Shown here in pieces: positions 26,345 to 37,373 of a DNA stretch of 64,000 nt. Below the pieces are notes generated by a model, which had not been told where the DNA came from, made no database searches, and worked only from the letters and a program-made list of their open reading frames with translations. The DNA is taken from contig NC_058368.1 in NCBI RefSeq assembly GCF_018350175.1, positions 198,526,001 through 198,590,000 of the forward strand, in the 5' to 3' direction. Numbering within the stretch: the first letter of the stretch is position 1; every line of letters begins with the position of its first letter. Source of the DNA: Felis catus (taxonomy: Eukaryota). A program made the position numbers and the translations under genes.

Positions 26345-26480
26345 TTTCTCTCACTTTCCTCATCTGTAACATGGGCATAATAATAGTATCTACCCTCAAT
26401 GGTGTTGATGTGGGTTCACTTGGGTTACATGCAGTATACATGAAAGAATAGTGCATGCAAAGTGCTCAATAAGTATTAAC
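26345..26480 (+). mobile_element. MIR fragment
   Basis: Core tttcctcatctgtaacatgggcataataatagtatctacc...agtgctcaataa. Confidence 0.7.
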
Positions 26481-26978
26481 CCTAACTGTATGTGCATATA
26501 ATTATGGCACATGTGCCTTTCAAGTGATACCATGCTATGCAAGTTCAGAGTGAGTCACTAACTAGAACTTCCAGAAATAATCATCTACATCAATCCATAG
26601 TTTGCCCCCTCTCAAATCTGCCTCTACAGAATTTCAGATCATGTTGTCAGCTTCCCTATCTGGATTTTATACTCTGCTTTTCTGTCTGCTTGTTTTGATC
26701 CCTGGATCCCAAGGCCTTTCCACATCTGGACCTCACTTCTGCCTATGAGTTAGCTGGTCTGAATGACTAAGCATCGCCTGGCTCCTCCTTACTTGTGGTC
26801 ATCCCAGAACTCCCAATGACCTTCACTTCTCCCCAGACCCCTTACTGCTATTGGTGTCACCATACCTTAGAACCTCCATTCACCCTGGACTGAGGTCTGC
26901 CATTCCATCCTCCTCTAAAGCCCTGTCCTTTACCTTCCCTTCTCCTTTCTGAGGTCATGTATGACCCTTCAACGAGGT

Positions 26979-27314
26979 TGTCTTAAGTTCAGGCTGCTGT
27001 AACAAAATGCCATAGACTTAAACAACAGACGTGTACTTCTCACTGTTCTGGAGGCTGGGAAGTCCAAGATCAAGGTGTTGGCCGATTTTGTATCTTTTTA
27101 TGATTTTCAGATGGCTGTCTTCTTGCTGTTTCCTTATATAGCCAAGAGAGAGGTCATTTCTTATGTTTCTCCCCATCAGGGCACTAATCCCATCATGAGG
27201 CTCTACCCTCATGGTCTAATCACCTCCAAAAGGCCCCACCTTCACAAAGGATCATACTGGGTACTGGGGCTTTAACATGTGAATTTGGGGAGGACACAAT
27301 ATTGGGTCCATAAA
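26979..27314 (-). mobile_element. MaLR solo LTR (MLT1A-C-like)
   Basis: tgtcttaagttcaggctgctgtaacaaaatgccataga...ttctggaggctgggaagtccaagatcaagg...gaatttggggaggacaca. Confidence 0.88.
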
Positions 27315-28009
27315 AAAGCGCTACCACCTGATATAACTTTTGTTCCTACTTTTTCTAGTCTCTCAATCTTGTCACCCCTTACAGCATTTCTTTTGGGAGC
27401 AATAGAACTGAGTCATGATATATTTATAGGTAGTATGAGGCACACAGTAGTGCTTAAAGATAAATAAGACAAAGCCCTTACTACCAGGGGATTCAAAGTT
27501 TGCAAGAGAGACAAACTATAACAACGTCATAAATTCATTTGTAGTAGTTTGTATAGGATAGTCAGCAAATATAATTATCACTGAGAAAGGGATGTATGGG
27601 TCAGAATTCAATTTTTGGCATACCTCATGCGACAGATTCTGCATTTAGGAAAAGGGAAAAAGACTGTTTCTTCAAGAGTGTCACAATTGGCGCCTGGGAG
27701 CACAACGCATGTAGCAATAAAGTAGAAAATCCTACAAGCATGTGTTTGCTTCAGGTATCTATCCTTTCTTTCCTTCTATCTATCTATGTGGCTGAACCAT
27801 TTCAAAATAAATAAGACATTATGGGGGAAAAAAGACATGACATTCCACCCCTTAATACTTTAACATGCATTTCAAAAAACAAAAAAGAATCCTGAGGACA
27901 TTCTCTTATATAACCACAGCACCATTATCATACCTAACAAGTAACAAGAATTCTCTAATCTAATCTACTAGTCAACTGTGCTTGTCCGTTTGCTCCCCAC
28001 CTGCAGAGG

Positions 28010-28555
28010 TATGATCCACCTTCTCTGCTGGGCTCTGAGCCCAGAGAGGGACTGTCACAGCAGGCTCCCAGTTGGGTTCAGCCAACAGTAGGCACCCACA
28101 GGCCCAAAGACCAACAGGAAGCACCAGGAAGAGATGAGAAGGGCGGAGGTGGCTGGGACACTTTTACTCTGCTCCTCCCTGCCAGGTTGCTGGTCTGGCA
28201 TTGGCTGCATCACATCAGGCTTCCCTATTAATCCCGGGTACAGGGGCACCTGGGTGGCTCAATGAATTAAGCTTCCGAGACTCGATTTTGGCTCAGGTCA
28301 TGATCCCACATCTGGTTCAAGCCCCACATCTGTGCTGTCAGTGCAGAGCCTGTTTGGGATTTTCTCTCCCTGTTTCTCTGCCCCTCCCCTACCCTCTCTC
28401 TCAAAATAAATAAATAAACATTTAAAAAAGCATCCCTTGTTGGTTTCTCTGGCCCTGACCATATCTTCCAATAGTATTTAATCACCATTAAATACTTCAT
28501 GATTAAGTTCTTTGGAGTTTCTCATCTGTTTCCTGTGAAGATCCTGCCTGATATT
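28010..28555 (+). mobile_element. LTR33-like LTR interrupted by a SINE
   Basis: ggctcccagttgggttcagccaa...cccgggtac[SINE]catcccttgttggtttc...catctgtttcctg. Confidence 0.65.
28243..28428 (+). mobile_element. CAN-SINE
   Basis: ggggcacctgggtggctca head, CT tract, A tail. Confidence 0.93.
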
Positions 28556-28604
28556 TGAACGACCCATATTTGAATGTTCACCATTGGCCCAAAGTATTTT
28601 TTAA

Positions 28605-28842
28605 GTTTCATTTATTTATTTTTTTTTATTTTTTTTTTACATTTATTTATTTTTGAGAGACAGAGTGAGACAAAGTGAGAGTGGGGTAGGGGCAGAGAGA
28701 GAGGGAGGCACAGGATCCGAAGCAGGCTCCAGGCTCTGAGCTGTCAGCACAGAGCCCGACGTGGGGCTCAAACCCACAAACCGTGAGATCATGACCTAAG
28801 CCGAAGTCGGATGCTTAACCAACTGAACCCCCCACGTGCCCC
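28605..28842 (-). mobile_element. CAN-SINE (SINEC_Fc-like)
   Basis: Reverse-complement SINE with long T-rich tail. Confidence 0.95.
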
Positions 28843-30617
28843 AAAAGTTTTGTGTTTGTTTTTTTTTTTAACTAAAATCCAATCAACGATCCTGAGTTAG
28901 ACTTGGTTCTGCCTCATTAGTCTTTTAATCTATTGACTCCTCTTTTTTCTTGCCACTGACTTTTTTAGGAGACCAGTTGCCATAGAAGTCCCACATTCTG
29001 AATGTATCCAATTGTTTCCTCATTGTGTTACTTAATTTGTTCTTCTCTGCCTTGTATGTTCTTTAACTTGAATCTAATCAAGCCTTCAGATCCAACTTCC
29101 ATTGTAAACACTGTATAATTTATTAGGCATTATCTTAGGAGTTGCATAGCATCATTAGTAGCCAGAAAATTGGATAGTTTGATTACCAAGTGATGATAGC
29201 TCTATTTCTCTATTTTAAAACGTTTTCTTTCCCCCACTTACTATTAGCAAGTAAGCTGTGGGGGTGATATTCTAGTAAGTATCTAGGGCTCTGTCCACCA
29301 TTCTGCCAGCAACTTTAACATTCATTATTGGTCCTTGTCTGGATTAATTATTTCATTATGTCTCATAAACTTATTTTCTTTTTCTATCTCTACTTCTACA
29401 TTTATTGCTAATGTTCTTCTTTAAAAGCTTTACTTTGATGACAAGGGCTACTTCTTTTTTCTGACTGTGGTTGCTACAATAAAAGCAGAATACACCGTAA
29501 GTTCCCCCCACCCTTCAATTCCTTATTCTGAAATCAGGCGATCAGTGTAATACTATTGCTAGTATAAATTCTCTACATTGTGCTTCATTAATGAGGCCTC
29601 AGAATTCTGTATAGTTAAGCTTGAATTGGTTATCAGGGAAACTGAGCGCTACGCCTTCCGATACACACTACATTCAGCTCCAGTTATTGCTACAAAGGTA
29701 TCCTGGCTATCCCTGGTCATCCATATCGTTCTAGCCCTAATAGATGCAGACCTCAGGTAGCACAAGCCATAGGGAAAAAAACATTATCAGTAGCTGGCAA
29801 TTATACCCCAATTAGATTGTACGTCTCATAGAAGCACTCAAAATGCATTCAAAAGGGCTATTATCTCTTTTCTGTGTTAGCTATTAGTTTCACAAGTCTT
29901 TGATCAGAAGATCTTGAAGCTTTGCTCTATTGTTACATTGCTTTCTCTACATGTATACTGAAATAAGCCATTTTTCCCCTTTAAGTGCTTCTGTCTGGGA
30001 GAAATAATGGATTTTTAAAAGCTAGGGTGAGACTTCTAGGTTCTGTTTGGATTTTTATGAGCGATCATTTGGGGGCTGGCCTTTGTTATACTTAAACGCA
30101 TCTCTGGTTGTCTCAGTCTCCCTGTGTGCTGTCACAGATACTTGCTATGGGTAGCAGCAGCTGGTTACCAACCTTCCTGTAGGGAATACTCAGTGCTATT
30201 CATCTGCATGGCCCTGGACTTTTCTCTGCATCCCCTACCTCTTAGTAGCTGTTCCTCAATTATAAACATCAAAGCAAATGGAGAGAACCAGTCTGGGGGT
30301 AGAAAAAAGGCTTACATGGCCATCGTCAATTAGTTAAGTCCTTCTCCAATAAAACTAACAATAATCAACTGAAATTTCTAACACTCCTATTGTTATCACA
30401 AATAAAGCCTCGTCCAATAGTTGATGATATCTTTATAGTCATTGAGAAAACAGAATCATCTGTATTTGCCAGCCAAAAGCATCTAAGGTAGAGGAGGTAC
30501 TCAAGAAAACTGTGATATGGTTCATCTGGTCACTGGCTTCTTTGCTCTCAGATCCATTCTCTCTTTCTCATCTGTTCTGTGTCACACGGGCTGTCCCTTG
30601 AGAACAAGAATTCCCAG

Positions 30618-30900
30618 TGCATTCATTTCGTGTTGCTGGATAACAAAATTACAACAAACAAAGTGGCTTAAAATAACACCCAATTATTATCGCATAGTTC
30701 TGTAATTCAGAAGTCTGAGTGAGTTCAGCTGGTTCTCTGCTTAGGATCTCTCAAGGCCCCCTCACGGTGGCAGCCGGGCTCGTAATTTGCAGGCCCTCAG
30801 GAAGGATCCACTCTGTAACCCATTCAGGGTGCTGGCAGACTTTGATTCTTTCCAGCTAGGTCCCTTTTCCTCGCTGGCTGCCAGTGGGAGGCTAGACCTT
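30618..30900 (-). mobile_element. MaLR MLT1 LTR fragment
   Basis: tgttgctggataacaaaattac...agtggcttaaaataacac...atagttctgtaattcagaagtctg. Confidence 0.7.
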
Positions 30901-31046
30901 GCTCGGTCATTGACTGGGGGATACCCAAGGATAGCACAGCCTGGGCTCAGGGCTGAGGTGGGCTGTGGTGAAGCTAACCACTCAAGGCCATTAAGGAATA
31001 CTCCCACAGCTGGACAGCGAGTTCTTCCTTACAGGAGGATCTAGCC

Positions 31047-31240
31047 AGGGGGTGACACAATGTGGCCACAGGCCAAGCCGGGATTATCACCTGTTTTTGT
31101 AGAGTCCTACAAGCTAAAAATGTTTTTTTTATAGTTTTAATGGTTACATTTCAAATGATTAGGTAAGTAACTTCATAACATATTGATTACTTTGCTGCTT
31201 AGCCTACAAAGGCTAAACTATTTGCTATCTTGCCCTACTA
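31047..31240. mobile_element. MER58-like hAT-Charlie DNA transposon
   Basis: cagggg...tggccacaggccaa...cctgtttttgta...aagctaaaaatgtttttt...gcctacaaaggctaaactatttgctatct; tctag target context. Confidence 0.7.
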
Positions 31241-31777
31241 TCTCGCCAAAAAGAATTAGTGGAGGCGTGAATTCTGTGCAGAGTATATTTGATGTCTCTT
31301 CAAGTCTGGCAGGTTAGAAGAAAGTGCTTGGTCAGAAGAAGAGGTGTCAGGGAGGACAGAGCTCTGATACTGGGGGAAGGGAGGAGATAGGAGACACCCC
31401 AAGTAGAAAAGAACAAAATCTTGGAATCATGATAGCAAAGCAGGCCTATAAAATGAGACTGTCATTTAAATCTCCCTGGAACAGAATATCATTTTTTAAG
31501 TCTTTGTTAATTTGTTGTAACAAAAATGCTTTTGTTTTAATTTGCATCTCATTTGGTTACTAATAAAGTTGGAGTTGGATTTTTTTTTCATGTGCTAATT
31601 TGAAGAATTGCAAATGACTACCACAAATAAAATGAACAGATTTCTCAACCAAGGACAAAAACAAAATATCCATAAAGCTATCATAATCTATAAAATAGAA
31701 AATATATTAATGTCCCAACCAAAAAAATGAGCAAATGCATGTTAAGGCTTATTCTTTTAAATGTGTTAAGATTCAAT

Positions 31778-31995
31778 GGGCGCCTGGGTGGCTCAGTTGG
31801 TTAAGCATTGGACTTAGGCTCAGGTCATGATCTCACAGTTTGTGGGTTTGAGCCCCGTGTCGGGCTCTGTGCTGACAGCTCAGAGCCTGGAGCCTGCTTT
31901 GGATTCTATGTCTCCCTCTCTCACTGCCCCTCCCCCACTTGCACTCCGTCTCTCAAAAATAAGTGAGCATGAAAAAAATTGGGGGGGAGGGAGTT
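31778..31995 (+). mobile_element. CAN-SINE with G-run in tail
   Basis: TSD-like ttaagattcaa / ttaatattcaa. Confidence 0.95.
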
Positions 31996-32049
31996 TTAAT
32001 ATTCAAAAAGAAAACTAAATTTTGAAGCATAACTTCTGAGTCCAAAACT

Positions 32050-33435
32050 TCATAATGGGACATTTTTAAATACTTAGGGGTAGTTTCCTAGTACTTGCTA
32101 CCAGTTCACTTCTTTATCTACTTGGCTAAACTGAATCGTATTCCTAAGACTCATGTTATCAAAGAGCAGAACACAATTTTTTCACCATGCAAACAGAGTC
32201 AAACTACGAAGTTTCAATTTGCGAGAAGGATATTTTCCCTTGAAGAAATTGCAATACAAAGTTTCATAAATGCTAGTGCATAACTAGAAAACCTATTATC
32301 TGATTGCATCCAGCTCTATTCAAGAGTAAATTCTCTTTGACGACCAAATTAATATCTTCAAATACTATTTTCTGCTAAAAGTTGCTCCTTTTGAGAAACA
32401 GTTGATTTCAGGTCCACATCAGGACATTTAAAAAATGAGTCAGACACGTTTGTGTGCCAGAAAACAAGGAAACAATCAGACTGTGAGGAGGTCACATCAC
32501 GAGCACACAACTAAACTGAAAAGACTTCTGGCAAAGTTTGGGCAATTTGAGCTAAAAAGGAATGCTTAAAACATCAATATATAAAAATTCAGTACTTTTT
32601 CAGGGAAACATCAGTCACCATCTGAGTGTTCCAGGGTACCACCTCTTTATTCTCAAAATTGATACAAAAAAAAAAAAGAATTAAGGCTCCACCTTCCCTG
32701 AACGAGCTGTTTCAGTTTATCAAAGAGCCGATGAGGTCAAGTTCTTCACAAAAAGAATTCCAGCTAATTCATACAGAAGGAATAAAGACCTAGAAAATCG
32801 TCATTTTTCAATCTTAGTGAAACAGCAGATCTGAGAAATGATCCATGGATGATAAATCATTAAGTTCTAAGTTGCTGGGGACTTTATAATGGAGGGATCC
32901 GGCTGCCACCTCCTAATAAACTGGTCTAGCTTAGCATCACTAAGATTATCCCTCAACATTGTCCTGCAAGATACAGGGCAATAGGAACTATAAGGCCCCA
33001 TTTTTGAAATATTTTTACCAATAAAATGGAACCCAAACCTAAATCATGCTTCCAGATCTAACTACCAGTTTATAGGTAATAAAAATGGAAAATAGAGGAA
33101 CTACCCAAACACCATAAGAAAGCAATCCACCAAATTCAAATAGTAGAATTCTCCATAATACAAAGGAGCGGTTTCTCCAACACGTGAAGTATATTTAAGA
33201 GGAGCAGGAGAGTATAGAACAAAAGATAGAGTAGATATAACAACCAAATGCAACAAATGGGCCTTGTCTGGATCCTAATTTGAACAAACCAGCTATAAAT
33301 AGCACTTGAGACTATCAAAAAATTTTAATGTGGGTGGGACATTAGGTGAAATTAAGAAACCACTGTTAATTTTGTTAGGTCTGATCACGACATGGTGATT
33401 ATATAAGAAAAAACAGCCTTTATCAGTTAGAAATG
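32050..33435 (+). mobile_element. Ancient L1 3' UTR (L1MC/L1ME-like)
   Basis: agatctaactaccagtttatag...caaccaaatgcaa...ctggatcctaatttgaacaaacc...ctgttaattttgttagg motifs. Confidence 0.7.
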
Positions 33436-35479
33436 CTCCAGCCAGAGTTAACTTTCCTCAAGTCCAATGAGGCCTTTCTAGAACAGGAGGCGGGGGTGTG
33501 GGGGTGGGGGGGAGGGATTGCATGGGCTTTGAAATGGGATTTTCTGATCCCAAACAGCTCTCGTTCCCTTTGATGCAGTGCACCTCATAAGTAACCAGGA
33601 ATTTGGGGGAATGAAAAATGTGATTCAGTAGTTATGTTTCTGAATACATGATTTTTGTGATGAAGGTAAGCTTTCTTACATTTAGGGAGAAAGTCTTAGA
33701 AATATATGAAGACTTTAGGGAAAAACTTGTATGTCTACACAGTGAGGAGGACCTTTGGTGAAGTAGTGGTTCTTGAAGCCCTAACATGCCACTAAAATTT
33801 TCATCATAGTAAACCTGCTGTGTTGAACGGCAGGTGCAGATGAAAATGTGTCCGAGATGTGCCCCTCTGTATTCAAACCCTGGATCAGATCTCTAATGTT
33901 GACTCAGACATCCTCTACTGGCGGCAAATGCCCTGAGGTGGAGCATCGCTAGGAAGAAGTCTGAGCCCCAGGATGTAAGGGTGTAGAAGGACCACTGTGA
34001 TGCTAGTTGCAAACACTGATGGGCATTCAGGTGTGCTCGTATTTCCGTCTGTCTTGTTATTAGGATTTTAGTTTCTAATGATAAAGTTTTCTAGCACCAA
34101 CCCCATTTCTTCCATAACCCCTGTTATTTTTGGCTTACTGTTTTATCAACTGCAAGGTTTTTTAGGGATGCATATGAGATTATAGGAAAAATAACTATAT
34201 GCTAGAATTGCCACGTTGACCATTTAGTAGAAACCTGATGTTGAACAAACCACTAAATTTCTCTGGACCGCCTGACTTTTTATGTCACAAATGGGAATAC
34301 CAGCTGACTCTACAGATTGTTAAGACTGTGTGTATAAAGCGCCTAATGTCGTCTAGCACACGAGGGCCACTGAATAAATAGTGGCAATTATTGTCCAAGG
34401 ACAGGTTGATTGTCTACCTACCACCGCTCAGCCAGGCAGCTTTAGAAGTAACGAGGCCAGTTGCAGAGATCCTGACATGAACACTCAGTGATTATCCCAC
34501 AGTCTCATCTCCAGCTGAGCCAAACCGCAGAAACACAAGCAGTCTTTCATTGTTCCTTCCTCTGGTCTGCAGCTCCAAACCCCAAATGAAGCCACACCCT
34601 GTCCCATTGTCTTGACTGTTACAGACAAACCGTGCTAAGTTCAGGAGATGGTAAGTTCCTGCTCCTTGTGATGGTAACTCGGGTTAGTATCTGGTATGTT
34701 GAGAAGTAGTCCTGGGGCCCACCAGTGGCCTTTCCAGGCATCCCACTGCCAGTCTGTGATAAGCCAGCGCCTGACATCTCTTCTCAGAGTCCAGTGCCAG
34801 GGCCTCAGTCTCCATGCCGTCACCCCCGTGCCCTCCTCATTGCTTCTGGTTGCCAAAGCTTGGTCGAGGGGAACCCCAAAGGGGTTCACACAACAAATTC
34901 TTCTGTCAGAGGAAACAGGTACGGAGGGAACCCGGTCAGAAACTATAGTCAATGCGGCTATTTCATATGCATTTAGTCAGACTTGAGGAGAGTTTTAAAA
35001 AGCACAGGGCTGAACTGACAGTAAGGCCCTGGATCTTCCCTCATGGAGCTCACAGAAGCTCCCCTAAGACTCAAGAGCAGGCTGCTGGGAACAAGGCCCT
35101 AAGGCTTCCTCTGTGAGACTGCCTCAGATTCACACCCTGTCTGTCCCCACTGGTGCCTGAGAACTAAGCAGCCTCTTTAATGATGCCTCAGCCCCTTTTG
35201 ACTCCAGGCGTCCCCAGACTGCACCCAGCACCTGATCTCACTGAGGGTCCCTTCCAGGATGGTGGCCTCGTCTGGAAGAGAAAGGAGAAAAAGCAGAGTA
35301 GAGTGAAGAAAGTAGGAACAAGAAAGGCAGGAATGATACTCAAATACTAAGAAGTGGAAGAGGACTTATTCATGCCTGGGAGTGTCACATATTGACATTA
35401 GCATCATGTATTTCTTATATTTTAATTTTTAAAGAAATCTAAAAATAGTAAAGAACTGCAAGGGATTTCTTGCAGTAGT

Positions 35480-35620
35480 TAATAGGGGCAATGGGTAAAG
35501 GAGGTCAGAAGGTACAAACTTCCTGTTACTAAGATAAGTAAGTCCTGGAGATGTTAGGTCCAGCATAGTGACGATAGCTGACAATGTTATATATTTGGAA
35601 GTTGCTAAGAGAAAAGAATT
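35480..35620 (+). mobile_element. L1MA-type 3' UTR fragment
   Basis: ggtcagaaggtacaaacttcc...agcatagtgac...aagttgctaagag; homologous to about 17000-17120. Confidence 0.7.
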
Positions 35621-36273
35621 TGCAGGATTATATCCTGAAAGGATCCACAGTTTTGTTGTAGAAGTGTAGCCTCTAGGGTCTTGTGTTTCCCATAAAAATG
35701 CATGAACTATGAAGGAGGGAAGTTTTTAACCAACTAAGAGATCCTTAGGAGTATTTAGGTTTTAAATCAACCTTCCTCACTCTGTCCTCATTTTTCCAAG
35801 TGCAGTGGTCATCGGGCATTTAATGTCAATAAATGAAGTGACATTCAATACCATTCGTGTTGCCCATGTAGTAGCAGCTATGCCCTGCACAGAGCTTTTC
35901 TTTCCAGACAGTGTAACATTCCCATGGAATGCACTAACAGACAGACCTCCAATTGTTTCTCATAAAACGCTTCCAGACTTGGATCCTCAGAGAGAGTGTC
36001 TTCTTGCAAGGAGTCTGAGAACAAGCTTTCACATGTTCCAGAAAGGAGGATTTGAAAACATGGGGGCAGCCTGTTTTCCAAAAAGGGAGAAGAAAAGCAG
36101 ATGTCCAGTTGATTAGAGAAACTAGTTCTAGGTAGAAGAAGAATGTGAAATGTGTAGGAACTTGAGGGTGACATCAGTCATGCCATGAGGAAGGTGGGTT
36201 TTGATCACTGTGTATGGGCTTTGTGGAAAGAGCATGCAAATGTTAGAGCTAGGTCATTTAAAAATTCATTGCC

Positions 36274-36462
36274 GGGGCGCCTGAGTGGCTCAGTCCAGCA
36301 TCCAGCTCTTGATTTCAGCTCAGGTCATGATCCCAGGGTCAAGGGATCGAGCCCCGAGTCAGACTTCATGCTGAGCATGGAGTCTACTTAAGATTCTTTC
36401 TCTTTTTCCCTCTGCCCCTCTCCCCCAGTTGTGTTCTCTCTCTGTCTCTAAAATTAAACAAA
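36274..36462 (+). mobile_element. CAN-SINE (older subfamily)
   Basis: ctcttgatttcagctcaggtcatgatcccagggtc diagnostic segment. Confidence 0.92.
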
Positions 36463-36787
36463 CACTGCTTTCACCACTACACCCTACAAGAGTAAGGAAC
36501 AAAATACAACATCAAAATTCACACAATAACTTAGAAAAATAGACAAAACATAGACAAATAGAAGTTATGAGTGACATTTCCCTATCCTGACTGTCTAGAG
36601 CCCATTTGGATATTTTAAAGATACCTCCACAAAAACTAAACCTAATAGAATTTCCAACAACTTACTAGGCTCTTCTTTCAAGAAACTAAAAGAAATTGAG
36701 TAAGATTATTGGGTAGAGATTTGGATGAATTCCACAATATGTCCATATTCCTAACAATAAAACCAGTCCAATTTAAAAGCTGCATAA

Positions 36788-37065
36788 GGGGCAAATGGGT
36801 GGTTCAGTCGGTTAGGCATCTTCAGCTCAGGTCATGATTTTACCGTCTGTGGGTTCCAGGCCCCGCTTCAGACTCTGTGCTGACAGCTCAGAACCTGGAG
36901 CCTGCTTCGGGTTCTGTGTCTCCCTCTCTCTCTGCCCCTCCCCTGCTCACACTCTTTTTCTCTCTCTCAAAAAATAAATAAATAAATAAATAATTTTTAA
37001 AAATTTTAAATAAATAATAAAAATTTTTTAAAAATAAATAAATAAGTAATTTTTAAAAATTTTAA
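36788..37065 (+). mobile_element. CAN-SINE with reiterated tail
   Basis: SINE body followed by about three copies of an aaataaataa..tttttaaaaa unit. Confidence 0.94.
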
Positions 37066-37373
37066 AAATTTGCATGAAAACTTGACTGGAATTGATTCTA
37101 AATTAAGTCCAAGAAAATTCTCAGGTTGATTTCATCTATTTAGAGTCGCCTAAAATAAAGAAGTGTGAACGATACCTATTAAGACTTCTGCCAGATTCAA
37201 GTTTTTGCTATCAAAAGGATTATACTGAAGGAAACAGAAGAGCCTTCTTTGCTCCTTCATGCTTGAAAGACTTGTTCTCAAAATATAAACCATCTATCCA
37301 AACAAATTTAAAAATTGCTCTTCTGTAAGATCTTATTGGATGTGGTATAAGTATAATGAATGCATTGGAGGTA

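Noticed and set aside
18423..35448. Isolated MEF2-like CTAAAAATAR motifs (near 18423, 20671 and 35439)
   Set aside because: Unclustered AT-rich 10-mers are expected by chance in this composition.
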